This document shows, one piece after another, positions 41,859 through 56,220 of a stretch of 64,000 nt of DNA. Positions within the stretch are counted from its first letter, which is position 1. Each line of letters opens with the position of its first letter. Both the position numbers and the translations under genes were made by a program. Below the pieces are notes generated by a model that searched no databases, was not told the DNA's origin, and was given only the letters and a program-made list of their open reading frames with translations. This DNA comes from Octopus vulgaris (lineage: Eukaryota), in the NCBI GenBank assembly GCA_951406725.2, contig OX597816.1, positions 49,786,001-49,850,000 on the forward strand, given 5' to 3'.

Positions 41859-43873
41859 ATTGCAAATATGCACATATACATACACGTATATATATATACA
41901 AAAATACCTTGTTGATCCCGAAACTCCAATGAAGGAGCCTTGGATATAGGTTAGAAACCGGTCCTTTCTCTGTCGGCATGAAATCTTGAAATAAAACTGA
42001 GCTATATACATGCAAGGATACATAAACAAACACGCACACAGACACAAGCACGAGCATGCGCACACACGCGCACACACACACACACACACACACACAAATA
42101 TATGTGTGTGTATAGGGTATTTCCAGAAAGCACTCAACCCAGGTTCTGGGTTATCAACACTGTGGGATTCTAGATTAATACCAAAATTCTAACGAAAGCA
42201 TACCTCTTATGTTTATGTAAACCTGTATATAAACACACGCTCATATATGCATAAGCGTGTGAATGTATGGGTTGTTTTAATAAAAAAAAGGGATAAACCT
42301 ACTTTCGCTGGAGACGTCTATTAAATTGCGTTTCAAGACTGTTTTCAATGAAAGTAGCAGTAAAGGAAAGCCATGCCTAAATTCAAGAAAGCAGTGAGTT
42401 TTTGAATATGTTTATATAATATGTATCGTTGTGTTACAATACTGCACAACAATGAATTAATTTTACATTTTGCAAAATTAGATATATTTTCGCTTTTAAT
42501 AAAGTTGCTTTTCTTATAATTGTTACGATATCCTGAACTCATCGATGGTGATATTGACTTACCTGGGTGATTACGCTAAGATTTCTTATTGAGCGGATGT
42601 TATCTGTTATTCACCTATAGATATATTAACTTAATTTTCTGTGTGCTCACTCTTCATTTTTCATGCAAATAATGATGTGTCTATGTAATTAAGCTGACAC
42701 TTAGTTTTTAAATATCCTCGATTTTCACGCCTACTTGTCTACGTAATAATACAACTACTTACTAATTCTATCATCACTACATCAGCAAGTGAGATTATGT
42801 CTAGGTTTATCTAATAGAAGAGAAACAAGTCTCAAGTTTTCACACGTGCTTGCCAAAACGTTTAAAATATTAGGTTTTTGTTTTTGTTAATATTGTCGTT
42901 TTCTTACTAAATAATTATTTCTAATTATTCCTAATTATGTAATTATCTTCTTTTTTTCTTAGCTACTATTAATACTTAACTATTGTTTTCAATGCGGATT
43001 GGGTTTCTAGATAATATTCGTTAGTTATTTTCGAAGAATAAATGATTTGTTTGTGCAAATTTTGCAACCACTGTTCTAGGAAGATTATGCAACACACTAC
43101 AGAGCATACAAATTAAGTCGAAATAGCAATTTACTGTAACACAATGTGCTCACAATCGGTAATAAACACAATATTGTTTTGAAGAGAAAACTAGTAATTT
43201 AAACACTACCAGTCCTTCATATATATATATACACATATACATACATACATACATTCATACATGTATACGCTCACACACACACATACACCCATATATATAT
43301 ATGTATGTACATATTTATATATATATGTTTTTAGATTTAAAATGAAGGGTCAGACATTAAAAATCGAGAAGCAGAATATAATATGAACCCAAAGAAAAAG
43401 ATAATGCGAATAAAGATATAATACAAAAACCAAAACCAAATAATTACAGGATATATAAGATCAATAGTACGAAGGATATCCATAACAATAAAGAAATGAT
43501 TATTAGAGACATTAAATATATTTCAGGACACCCGACAGTGAGTCTGATGTCTTTTAGCACACATTTATGTCAGACTTTACTTAAAATTCTGGCCGTTAAT
43601 ATCAACCTGGTGAATTTATTGCTGTTAAAATGCTTATATCCAACTGGTTTATAGCTGTTGAGGAACTGCATAAAGAAGTAAAATATAGCTATGTATATTC
43701 ATTATGGGTTTACAGAGTTAATAATGTAATGAAGTAACTTAAAAAGTATGTAAATTCAACAGCAATAAATATTTGTTTTTAATATTTTACATTAGCTTAT
43801 GGATGAATGTTTGCTCGCTCACACATAAACGCATATATGTGAGAGCGACATATATGAGAGAATATATGCTTTT

Positions 43874-43875
<2 letters not shown>

Positions 43876-43916
<41 letters not shown>

Positions 43917-44126
43917 AACATATATATATATATATATAAACATATATAAACATATATATATATATATACACATATATATACATGTATGTATATGTATATA
44001 TATGTATGTGTAAATGTGTATATATATATATGCTTATATATATATATATGTACATATATTTGAATATATACGTATGTATATATATATATATATATATATA
44101 TACGTATATATTCAGATATATGTACA

Positions 44127-44161
<35 letters not shown>

Positions 44162-44331
44162 TTATATATATATACGTTATATATTCAAATATATGTACAT
44201 ATATTTATATATGTATATGCATATATATATACATGTATATATTCATATATATACACATTTACACATACATATATATACATATACATACATGTATATATAT
44301 GTGTATATATATGTATATATATAAATATATG

Positions 44332-44368
<37 letters not shown>
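43876..44368. repeat. (CA)n-(TA)n-(TG)n compound microsatellite
   Basis: Seen directly. Confidence 0.9.
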
Positions 44369-44623
44369 TTAGTACAAACATATCACACATAATTACGTAC
44401 ACACGTAAAAACCCACATATGTAAAAATAAGAGTGTAACCATGAAGTATTCAGCAACTCTGCTTGCAGGTGAAAAAAGGCATATGATGCTTACGTACGAA
44501 TCTGCCCATTAGATTTAGCCCCTAATTTACAGGGTCAGCCTGGTCATAATGTGTCACGACAATTCATCTTGAATAGTAAGATGATTTAATACATTTCAGT
44601 GGATTACAGAAAATTTGACATTG

Positions 44624-45436
44624 TGTGGTCTGGTCAATAAGTATCCGGACTGTTGCCATAGTAACAAAGCTAAAGGGCGTAGAGTTAAACCGCTTGACGC
44701 AGATTGACCATGAACGCTGTTTTACATGCACACTAATGTTTAATGTTCTATCTTGTTTACAGCACTTCTTGAAACGAATTGGTTTGTGATCGTTGCATTG
44801 ACCTTGACAGACCAGGTTGTCATGTGATACCTGCTCAGCGTCCTACACAAAGTTGCAGAGAGTGCATGGGGGAGGTTATATAAGTCGCACCGAAATGAAC
44901 GAGTGGTTCAGACGTTTCCAAAACATTGCAGATGTGCGTACAACTGTGAGAGGAAATCGTCGAATCACCTCCTTTGAATTATCAGAGGATGTGGAGATTA
45001 GTTAGAGTTCAATCTAATCTGTTAACACTGAAGATTTGGGTACTAGATGCGTATCTGCCACGTTTGTTCCAAACCTGCTTTCAGCTGACCAAAACAAGAT
45101 CGGGGTTCAGTTGCATGATATCGCCTTGATTGTGCCGAGAATGTTGAAAGCTTTTTGAAAACTTTGCTTAGACCTCAAAGAAGGTATCGCCAAGCTTTTG
45201 GCAAAATTTGATACAGATTCTCTGCTCAACGTTCTCTCTGATTGTAAATGCGGATATCACACGCTATACACCTTCGTTCCAAGCACTGGTGTAAACAGCA
45301 GAAGTGAAATCGTACGCTGAATCTTATTGCACATACACAGCATAGGTCAAGATCAATCTGTACCGAGCAGCTTTATGATGCGTGGTTTAGATTCGTTACC
45401 ATGACAACAGTCCTGATACTTATTGGTGAGGCCACG
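44624..45436 (+). mobile_element. Internally deleted mariner element
   Basis: The left TIR TGTGGTCTGGTCAATAAGTATCCGGACTGTTGCCATAGTAAC matches the reverse complement of the right end (CGTGGCCTCACCAATAAGTATCAGGACTGTTGTCATGGTAAC), which is followed by TA. Transposase relics include SRTEMNEWFRRF, NRRITSFELSEDVEIS and EDLG.RCVSATFVPNLLSADQ (WVP-like motif). Confidence 0.85.
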
Positions 45437-45590
45437 TACATGATAAATCAATGAGAAGCTATGCTGGATGTTTGAGAGATTGGATGTACAGACACTGCAT
45501 CTCACAACACAGATGCCAACTCACACATACACAAACATACACACATGTAAACGCACAGATATGTACACAAGCATTCATAGATAGTTATTT

Positions 45591-46770
45591 CTATGAAAAA
45601 TGCGGACTCTTGCACCTTAATATTCTTGTTATTACATCTGGAAAAGTATAGAAAAGATTTCTACAGCAGAATCTGCCTAGTTCGTCACCTCTAAAGAAAC
45701 TAAAAATTACTTAAAATTAAAATTCTACTGTACTTAAAACATTGCAGCCGAGTATAGCATTTTAAAATTTTATTATATTTTATTAAAACAAAAGTTGTAA
45801 AAGCATTACTGGGTTTTTCCATAAATAATTTTAAACCTATGGGCTTATATTCAGAAACTCTTTTCAAGTATAGCCCCAGTAATTTTTATTATTTCCAGAA
45901 AAAAATATTCACGCAAGATTATTGAAGCCTGTATTTAATCCCATGGGCTTATGTTTGGAAATAGCAGTATTTTAAAAATGAAATAAAGTTAATTAAAAAG
46001 AAAGTACAGTAGAATTCGCCTAATTAAGTATCCCTAGACAATTGAAAGTACTGAATTAGATGAAATAATGAATTAGCCACACACGAATTAGACTAATTCT
46101 ATTGTATTTATGCTGACTAATAAATTTTACTTATGATTTATTTTTTAGATCAAACGTTTTGTTTTTTTTTAATGTTGAAGAATTGACTGAGCATATGGTC
46201 GATTTCACTCCAGTTAATGACCATTCTACTGCAAGCAATGTTTGTTTGTTTTTGCAATGGAATTTCAATTCAAGTGAAAAAAAGCTTGTGTAATATTATT
46301 TACAACTGCATATGTTGTTTGCACTTGATACAACTGAATTAAATCACTATTCTAACCATATATTTCAAAAGACATGATTAAAAATTTTTCCTTGTTTAAA
46401 TTTATTCTTGATTATTTCTGTACAGTATTTTTCAGGATTTACTTTTTAGATTATCAAAACAAATAAAATAAATTATCTCAAATTTACCTATTATAATGTA
46501 TTTTAATTTTTAAAATGTTATTCTCGGCAGCAATATTTTACGTACTTTCTTTTTATTGTTTTATTCTTTTACTTGTTTCAGTCATTTGACTGCGGCCATG
46601 CTGGAGCACTGCCTTTAGTCGAATAAATCGACCCTTAGAATTATCCTTTGTAAGCCTAATACTTTTTCTACCGGTCACTTTTCGCCGAATCACTAGGTTA
46701 CGGGGACGTAAACACACCAGCATCGGTTGTCAAGCGATATTGGACGGACACACACATACACACATAGTGT

Positions 46771-46802
<32 letters not shown>

Positions 46803-47122
46803 CGACGGACTTCTTTCAGTTTCCGTCTACCAAATCCACTCAAAAGTCTTTGGTCGACTCGAGGCTATAGTAGAAGACACTGGCCCAAGCTGCCACGCAT
46901 TGGAACTGAACCCGGAACGATGTGGCTGGGAAGCAAGCTACTTTCAATACAGCCATTCCTGCGCCTACATAGCTACTCCTGTAGAATTTTTATTTTAAGT
47001 ACTTTTTCTTTTCCTTTAGAGGTGACGAATTAGACAAATTCTACTGTAGAAATCTTGTTCTATACCTTTCCAGTTGTAAGAACGTAAGAATATTAACATG
47101 CATACGCCCGCATCTTTCATTG
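45591..47122. mobile_element. Non-autonomous TIR DNA transposon (about 140-bp diverged TIRs) with nested SINE
   Basis: 45591-45730 (ATGAAAAATGCGG..TTAATATTCTT..CTGGAAAAGTATAGA..TTTCTACAGCAGAAT..TTCGTCACCTCTAAAG) is the inverted counterpart of 46980-47122. Confidence 0.75.
46556..46966 (-). mobile_element. SINE family 1
   Basis: Full head (GGCGCAGGAATGGCTG..., B box GGTTCAGTTCC) through to the tail GCAGTCAAATGACTGAAACAAGTAAAAG. Confidence 0.92.
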
Positions 47123-50100
47123 TAATCCACCTTTTTTTCCAGACAATGCAATAAACTTAATAAATTCTCTTTTGGTAAAAAATGGAATTATTTTTCATTG
47201 TAAATGATTGAATTAAAGTAAGAACTTTATACTGTATTTTTTTAACTTTCACATATTTTTTCTTATAGTCTAAAAATAAGAAAAAGTTACCTGGACAGGG
47301 TTTCGACATTAGTTTTAGTTCTAGTTTTTAGTTTTAGTCTTCTATATTTCTTCTTTTTCTTCTATATCTGTTTTGAATTTTCTTCATTTCTTCATCATTC
47401 ATTTCAGTATCCCCCATATTTAAGTTTTTAAAAAAATATCATTATTAGGACCTGTATTCAATGCAACCACCACTATAAAGAGAAGCATCAAATCTAAAGT
47501 ATGCAGGCGATACTTATTATAAATAAACGGGTGCTTATTTGAGTTAAGTAATGAAACCTGCTAGTATATTTATTTCTTTTAAAATTAATATTTTTTTTAG
47601 GATAATGAGAAATGTAGTTATAATTGTAAAAAATATTAGATCCTATATCATCACTGTATATAAAATGTATATATTGAAACAAAGTGCATAATACGAAAGC
47701 ACCAAAAGAGAAAGTGCCAAAATTAATTATGTAAAATAATTTCGTATATAATATTAAATATTAATGTAATACTAATGTTATAAAATAGCGATATGAATAT
47801 AGTAAGAAGAGGTAGCAAGAAGGAACGAGAATATATGAACTATATAGTAAGAAGAAAAATCTGATCATATGAATAGTAAAGTCATGACTAATATAAAATT
47901 TTAAAAGACGCATTGACTAGTTTTGCATCCACCGAAAGGTAGAATGAGTCACTTGGCCTTGTTAGCTCAAAGCTAGTTTGTTAGTCGAAATTCATGTAAA
48001 ATAAAAATAAAGCCAGCAAATCAGCTACTGTTCTTGTCAACTTGCCTTAAGATATAAATCTGAACTCCGCTACTCTTAAAATCCAATCATACTATCTGAA
48101 AGCAAAATGCTTGTCAATTTACCCTAAGATATAATGATCTAAATTCTGCTACTCTTACTAAGTTTAAAAGCAAACAAAAAATCTTATTAAAACTTCAGAA
48201 GTTCTTACAACTTTGGTAGACGAAAAGCTATGCTTTTGTTTGTTTAATAAAAATTCCTCCTCGTATTTTGCTTTCATTTTCTGACAGACAAATATCTCCC
48301 TCCCTCCAACCCCCCACTCTCTCTCTCTCTCCCTCTCTAGCTATCTAGCTATGTATCTGTCTGTCTATTTATATATCTATCTATCGATATATAAATATAT
48401 ATGTGTGTGTATGTACGTGTGTGTGCGTGTGCGCGTACACAGTGTACCCACAATGTTTCCGTCTAACAAATTCACAGTATTGGCTGTTGTTCATGATACA
48501 TTCCCCAAGTGCTACGTTGTGAACTTGAACTCTGAACTACGTGTTTCCAAAATGAGATTCTTAGCTACAGAGACATATAAGTAATTACCTGACAGCATCA
48601 GTTAAAGTTAAAGTTTCTTTCTCACTGCATTCATATGGTAGTACCACCATTTTGCTTTATATCACTGCTTGTACACCTTTTGTTGTCTATTTCTCTATTC
48701 TTAATTTTGTATATTGATCAAAAATACGTAGCTTATTTAGTTCTATTTGTGTATTCGTGCAAAGCTTAATAAAGTAAACTTTTTCCCATTTTTGTTCTTC
48801 TATAACATCGATGTTCATCACAGTAGGAAGGTATACCGTTAGGCAAATATCAAAATATAATTAATGACACTTAGAACTGAAAGAAGAAAAACACTTTTTC
48901 ACGCATTCTAAATTTATTTCAAAGTAATGAATAATTTGACTTCATCCCGACATGCACTAGAAAGTAAGTGGCACTCTGAGAATGATATTTAGGCATTTTC
49001 TGACAACAGTATTTCGTGATATCATTGTATAATTATATCTTACATGATGAGAGCTCAACATGTTGCTGTTCAGCTACACTAAGCTTCGAAAATAATGTAG
49101 ATGTCGGATAGCAATATTCTAGTTTGTTGATCAAACGGAATAATGTATCAAAGTGTTTCTGCCTCTCTGATTGTATCATTAGCTCTCCGTCTTCCTCTTT
49201 TTCCCTCTAATTAGATAGATATTTAGAATTGTTTTCAGGTGCTTGTATTTAATTCATACTTCAGAGTAATATTAATTATAATAGGTTATTATAATATAGG
49301 AAAAATAGTTAAAACAGATTTTGTAACTTCTTGCATGACAGAAAGTGGTTACGAATCAGAATATCATCCATAATTAATTTTTGATTCAAAATAATTTAAC
49401 TCTCTGTCTGTGTGTCTTTCTGTCTGTCTATCTTTCTCTCTTTATATACAAGTGTGTGTGTGTATGTGTGTATACGTGTGTATGTGTGTGTGCGTGTGTC
49501 TGTGCGTGTGCGTGTGTCTCTGTGTGTGCGTGTGTCTGTGTTTGTGTGTGTGCGTACGTGTGCGCACGAGCATGTGTTTGCATTAAATACACCTCTTAGG
49601 GTGACACAGAAAGAAGTAATTGTAAGACCTGACAAGGCCGAAATATTTTCTTTGTAGCCGGAGGAAAATATATAGATTTCCTCCATTACAAATCTTTTGA
49701 GTTTCGTTAAAAAACTAGCTACACATAATCGAGCAACAAAGGAATTGGACGCAGAGGGATATTTGTATCATGGTAAATCTTGGCCAGTGTCAAATATATA
49801 TGAATATTATATATTTTTCCCTTTGGTTTCAATATTTATAATCTGTACAACTAATATTAAATGCAGTTTACATATATGTACATACGTACGTGTAAACATA
49901 CATGTATGTGTTTATATGTGTGTGTGTCTATGTGTGTGCGTGCGTGTGTGTGCGTGTTAGTATGACTTCTTGCTAGTGCCTGTGCGCTTATCTTCACCAA
50001 ATGAATTACAAGTTACGTCAGATAACTTTGTAATCCTGAAGATAAATTCGATAATTACACCTGAAAGAATGAATGGAACTGATAATGAATATAATACAAA

Positions 50101-50664
50101 TAATAGATTAGAATGGAATGAAACTTAAATGAAGTAACTATAAAAGAGATAAAATACAAAAATAATTACTCTCAATATTTATACAAATAAAACGGACAAC
50201 GTATTTGTAAACAAAAATAAAGGAATAAAAATAAGAGAGAGTTATAATTGAAGAAGTAAGTGTAAACATAGTTAAAGTGGCGAGCACGATAACGTTAATT
50301 AATCGTGACTAAACCATAACGTCTGTAATTATAATGTGGCACCTGTCGTCACCAGGAATAGATATAAATGAATACAAGATAAACAAAATAATTATCAAGT
50401 TGAAAATTCATGTAACTAAAGTAAAGTGAATAGGAAAAAATATTACGTAGCGTTTAAAATTAATGTTTCAAACACCTCATTTACACATATATGTGTCAGC
50501 GTTAATAATTACAATATCGTCGATTTACTGTTCTATTACATTAGGGTAATCTTATCCGATTTTATACGATGTCCTTGGAAAATCCTAATAATATATCGCA
50601 AACAACTTTAATATGTCGATGATGCAATATGAGGTGAGAAATATTGCGTAAAGGGTTTCATTTA

Positions 50665-50726
<62 letters not shown>

Positions 50727-52196
50727 CAAAGTAAAGTTGTAAGGAACTGCACGAAAGAAATTATATATGAAAGAAGGTTTTGAAAATGCAATAACTTTTC
50801 GAAATGTTTATTGACTTGACCGGTTTTACTTTTTTAGGAAGAGATTGTCAAAAGTAGAAAAAATATAAAGCTTTGTATAAGCGTTGTTGTGTTGTGTTTG
50901 GTTATCACAAAATTATTAAAATACAGTAATACATTCTTTGATAACGATAAGAAAATGCTAAAAACAGTTTACAAGAAAGTAATCAAGAAAGTATTTATAA
51001 CGGGACTACAATAAGTATTATGTCAATAAAAATCATGTTTGGTAGTATGAGAAAGTTTATAATACACTCGCTATCCACTCTTCCTTTAGGTTTGGGCTAT
51101 TTTTATTTCTGCATTTCATCATATACAGATAAATGTAAGAGAAGACTGTTACGCTACGAATGCAATTTCTATATATGTTGTAGTATATGAGATTAAATCA
51201 TCGCAGGTACGCCTCAATGCAATATTTGTTTACATACATATGGAAGACATACTTGAGAAGAGATGGTAGAAAAAGTCAAGTGTGTTTATTTCAGTCTGCT
51301 GCCTCAACGTAAAGAATGCTTTAGAACAGTCACTACAGTAGCATAACGAAACTTGTGAGTTGCTTCAGAAATCAGCAAATGATTTCTTGATTGACTAATA
51401 GTTAGATGATATTTAGCAGACACGGCTGCAGATTTACAAGAGAAGCAAGCACTTATTTATGTAGAAATAATTAATGTGTAATATGTTTAGAAATTTTATT
51501 TCGGGGAAAAGTTCATGGTTATAAATAACACAGTAAAGTTCATATATAAATATCCAATTCATAATTAGACTATAGGCGTGAATGATAGCACAATTCTGTA
51601 GTTTAGAAGGTTGAATGGGAATTTTCTCTAATAAATTGGCTTCAGTCAATTTATGTCATACTTCTACATATTTTAATTGTATTCTTGCATAATAAAATTC
51701 ATATTTAACACTTTCTTTGTAATAATAACTATAATAATAGTTTTAGTATAAAAAAAAAAGATGGGCTACAAAAAATATTCTGCTCAATACCCCAGATTTG
51801 CCCGTCAGACGCTTGACCATAACCAGTTGAGCGTGTCGCTTAGTGGCTGACGCTATGTGCAACTCTGATCACGGGCAGGGGTAGTGAGTAGCATCATAGC
51901 AATTTGTTGAGAGAGAAACTTTGGGGAGTTGAATAATTCCCCTCTGGAAATAGAGTGTTTCGTTCATCATTCTTAAGCAAATTTTTTGCGTGGTATAAGC
52001 TACTCGACTTAAAAAATATTCTAACTCGGCTCTATCTGCAAAGTCATGCGCTGTTTATCTTGATATGAGATCACAATGTTGTGCATATGTAGTTGTGATG
52101 CATGTGCCTGATGTAACCTTATTAGACGGGTAATCATTATACGCAAATTCGGCATCAGATACTTGTCCCCCACGGCCTCTTTGAAGACATGCATTT

Positions 52197-52226
<30 letters not shown>

Positions 52227-52227
<1 letters not shown>

Positions 52228-54107
52228 TATAAAAACTCACAGCTTATTTTGCTGGGTACGACAGAAAGTATCATATGTCCACATCTAGTAGACCAAGGTG
52301 ACACTTGTTTACTGGTCATGCTTCAAGAACACTGCCAAGAATTCTTGCAGTTCCAAGCAATACTCTCTCTCTCTCTCTTTTACTCTTTTACTTGTTTCAG
52401 TCATTTGACTGCGGCCATGCTGGAGCACCGCCTTTAATCGAGCAACTCGACCCCGGGACTTATTCTTTGTAAGCCTAGTACTTATTCTATCGGTCTTTTT
52501 TACCGAACCGCTAAGTGACGGGGACATAAACACACCAGCATCGGTTGTCAAGCAATGTTAGGGGGACAAACACAGACACACAAACATACATGCACACACG
52601 CATATATATATACATTATATACATTTATACGACGGGCTTCTTTCAGTTTCCGTCTACCAAACCCACTCACAAGGCTTTGGTCGGTCCGAGGCTATAGTAG
52701 AGGACACTTGCCCAGGGTGCCACGCAGTGAGACTGAACCCGGAACCATGTGGTTGGTAAACAAGCTATTTACCACACAGCCACTCCTGCGCCTGCTGATT
52801 TTTGTAGGTGTTCTACCATCACATCTACTCTCTTCATTGACCACAACCTTCGTTTTCTCACTTCATTTCATCATAGTTATATATATCTTTCCTTCTTTCA
52901 CATTGATCCTATTGTCACCTGGGCATGCTATGTCGATTATCATACATGTTATTTCATTTTTATTCACCACAACAACGTCCGCTTTCTGATATCTTGTTAG
53001 GTGATCGCACTGGATCATTGTATCCCACAGAATTTTGCAATCCTCACTTCCGGTAACTCCTTCTGGACTTTGCTCCTACCACGTCCTTGCTCTTTGTATT
53101 AGGTAATTTCCACAAAGCTACAAATATGTCATTCTTACCACATTGTCATGGCGTCTTCTGTTTTTACGTTTTGCCAATTTCGGGCATTTGCTAACGATGT
53201 GCCATACCATTTCACACCTCTCACCAAACATTCTGCATTTGTCGTAATCGGTAGTGTTATCTAATCTGCACTTCATATATTTGGTCTTTAATGCTTGCCC
53301 CTGAGCTGCGCATATGAGTGCTTTTGTCTCTAACTTGAGGTCACACCTTCAACTACATAGTTATCGGTCCTCTGTATTTCTTTCTTGCGCTCATATCTCT
53401 TGCAAATTGACTGCACATTTTCTTTTCCTTCCATGTCTTATTTTTGTTCAATTCTTGTTTAAATTGTCGATGTTGATGACACCGGACTTCTTCCTATGTT
53501 TCAATAGTGGCTGCACGGCATTGTATATATACCCCCTTAATATGTTCTCTTCTGCTTCCATACAGTCCTGGCAACTGATCAAACCTCGCTCAGCCTTTCT
53601 GCTGGACAAGTACAGCCTATCGGTGTAACTTTTAGGGTAGAAGTCAACATTTTTCTGATTTTGGTATCCATTTTCTTCAATTCTCTATTTCCCACAACAT
53701 ACTGAAGTGATGGTATCGCCCACGTATTAAGTACTTGGATTTTATTCCATCCAGTCAATTTTGAGCGCAACACCAGCCTCAGATTTTGGTAATATTCAAT
53801 CCTCAGTTGCTATTTTATTTCTTTTTCTATTGTCTCTTTGAACTGCAGTGAACCAAGGTATTTATAACCTTCCGTTTCAAGTCTCTATTTGGTAATTCTA
53901 TCCCTGCTAGGGACTGCACCTTGACTCTTTTTAGGTAGATTGTTCCGCAATTCTTGAGTCCAAATGCCGTTTTAACATCAGTACAAAAACAGTGAACCGT
54001 TTTCACTGAGAGACACTTTTGTGTCTCATTTTTGCCATTCACTTTCAAATGATCCATGAAGAGGTGGTTGATTGTATGAGATTCTCCTTTTAGTTGGTAC
54101 GTCATGA
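52227..54107 (-). mobile_element. Decayed R4/Dong-clade non-LTR retrotransposon (RT C-half + CCHC + restriction-like endonuclease), split by a SINE
   Basis: Hand translation gives INHLFMDHLK (LxMDDLK), FGLKNC, YKYLG, LRSKLTGWNKIQVLNTWAIP, ETKALICAAQGQALR, CRMFG...HIVSKCPKLA...RRHDNV, LWD..IQCDH, ADVVVV..CMIIDIACPGD.RI..KE and HLQKS|VLLGTARILGSVLEA*. The 5' end abuts the (TAA)n array. Confidence 0.85.
52365..52793 (-). mobile_element. tRNA-derived SINE family 1, well preserved copy
   Basis: Head GGCGCAGGAGTGGCTGTGTGGTAA (A box) and GGTTCAGTCTC (B box). Tail GGCGGTGCTCCAGCATGGCCGCAGTCAAATGACTGAAACAAGTAAAAGAG. Inserted into the R4/Dong ORF. Confidence 0.93.
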
Positions 54108-54109
54108 TT

Positions 54110-54111
54110 TA

Positions 54112-54173
<62 letters not shown>
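54110..54173. repeat. (ATT)n / (TAA)n microsatellite
   Basis: Seen directly. Confidence 0.97.
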
Positions 54174-54175
<2 letters not shown>

Positions 54176-54574
54176 AGCAGGAAGATGGTAAAATCGTTAC
54201 TGCACCTGATAAATAAAATATTTGGTTATTGATAGAATAAATGTCATTTGATCACTGGAGTCAATATAATCGAGTTACTCCCATAACTGAAATTGCCGGC
54301 CTTGTGCCAAAATTAGAAACCATTATAATCATTGGAATTGACTCTGCATTGGTCTTATTCCTGGTAGCATTTATGTGGGTCTTTTTCCTGATAGCATTTA
54401 TATGGTTACTACCAGTAACCTTCGGTTTCCACATTCTCAATAAACTTTCAAGTGCTCAAAACATACATACATACATATGCGTCGGTGACTGACTGTGTGT
54501 CGGTGCATGCGAATAAGTGGCTCTGTTTTCTTACCACTTTATCGTCTAAATATCGATCAAAAATATTTTCTATC

Positions 54575-54940
54575 TGCTGGAGTGGTTGTGTGGTGAGTAG
54601 CTTGCTTGTAAGACACATGGTTCCCTGTTCAGTCCCACTGTGTGATGCCTTGGGCAAGTGCCTTCCACTATAACTTCGGACCGACCACAGCCTTGTGAGT
54701 GGTTTTGGTAGACAGCAAATGTGTGTGTTTGTGTGACTGTGTTTGTACAACACACCTTCGCTTGACAACCGATGTTTGTGTGTTTACGTTCCCGATAGCT
54801 AGTGGTTCGGCAAAAGAGACCGATAGATTAAGTACTAGGCTCACAAGGAATAAGTTCCACGGTTGACTTGTTCGACTAAAGGTGGTGTTCCAGCATGGCC
54901 GCAGTCAAATGACTGAAACGAATAAAAGAATAAAAGAATA
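54575..54940 (+). mobile_element. SINE family 1
   Basis: Head GGAGTGGTTGTGTGGTGAGTAG..TGTTCAGTCCC. Tail GGTGGTGTTCCAGCATGGCCGCAGTCAAATGACTGAAAC followed by (GAATAAAA)2. Confidence 0.92.
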
Positions 54941-55062
54941 TGTGGGAATTGTTGAAATAACTTTGGAGATTATGCTGAATATTTCTCGAAAATGTTTTTA
55001 TGAATATGAATTTATATATAGTTATCTTTTCCTTTTTTCTAAGTAGACAGTCAATCCGTAAC

Positions 55063-55403
55063 ACTTATTGAGACCAACCCCTCGGTCATGACTGACTGTG
55101 GGATTGCACCTAGAAAGTTACCCTCCCAAGTCCGGGCATGGTTGTTTATTGAAGATCAGCAGTCGCTCATGCATACCGGCCTCCCCTCTCCACACCAACG
55201 ATGTTATGCAAGTGAAAGGCAAAGGTCGATACAGCTTGGTGACTGTGACGTCGCAACCCATTTCTACAGCTGAGAGAACTGGAGCAACGTGAAATAAAGT
55301 GTCTTGCTCAAGAACACAACACACAGCTCGGTCCGGGATTCGAACTCACAGCCTCTGGATCGTAAGCTCGACGCTCTAACCACTGAGTCATGCGCCTTCA
55401 CAT
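55063..55403 (-). mobile_element. tRNA(Arg)-like-headed SINE family 3 with 10-bp TSD
   Basis: Head GGCGCATGACTCAGTGGTTAGAGCG..CTTACGAT..GAGTTCGAATCCC carries A and B boxes. TSD AATCCGTAAC at 55053-62 and 55404-13. Confidence 0.88.
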
Positions 55404-55726
55404 AATCCGTAACGCTACTCTTATTACATCAACATTTACAGTAATGAAAATATAAATATCTTACAGTTGGAAAAGAAATTATAACGTGTTTGGAAAGAAA
55501 ATTAGAGAATGTATTATACTATAAATAATAAGTTCTAGTTACAACTTTCGAATCCAGAACGACTTTAATTGAATCAACATTATATTTCTAGACTTGCTAT
55601 TGTCTTAAATCTTCGCCTATATATACGCATTGTGTAAATTACTTCATAGAATAGGATTCATATGCTGTCTGTTTCTAATTAAATTATTAATCTCGAATGC
55701 TGAAAGTCACAACTAAAATTAAACGT

Positions 55727-55773
<47 letters not shown>

Positions 55774-56165
55774 AGCTTACGTATATAGGATTTTACGAAC
55801 GAATGTTGAGAAATTTTATGAAGGAAATTTACTGAAACAATTAAATCATCGAATTATTTACTTGATGCAATAAAATTTTATTAAAACCATTACATTTGCG
55901 TACGTAGTGTACGCATTCATTTTCAATCAGTGAACATAACCAAAACGTCCTCCGTTAATATGACTTTACTGATTTTAATAAGATTCCAAATTATATTAAA
56001 ATTTTGCTAGCAGGGGTTTAACAAATATTTCAGTGAATGGGGACATTAACTAAAATTCAAATTTAATTATGACTAGTTTATACTCAAAACAAATCCTATG
56101 AGTTTTTGCTGCGTTACAAAACAATCTTTATGAAATACAAAGCAAAACAATGTATGATGTATGCA

Positions 56166-56220
<55 letters not shown>

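Noticed and set aside
41915-41970. Hammerhead-like GAAACCGGTC motif (also a weak one near 47910-47990)
   Set aside because: The CTGAnGA core and stem I are not convincingly present.
47291-47560. Possible minus-strand exon ending in CAG|GTAAC
   Set aside because: The obvious frame hits stops and the sequence is low-complexity A-rich. It cannot be supported without RNA data.
51765-52190. GC-richer block that looks like an interspersed repeat
   Set aside because: I found no second copy, terminal structure or protein motif in the window to support a call.
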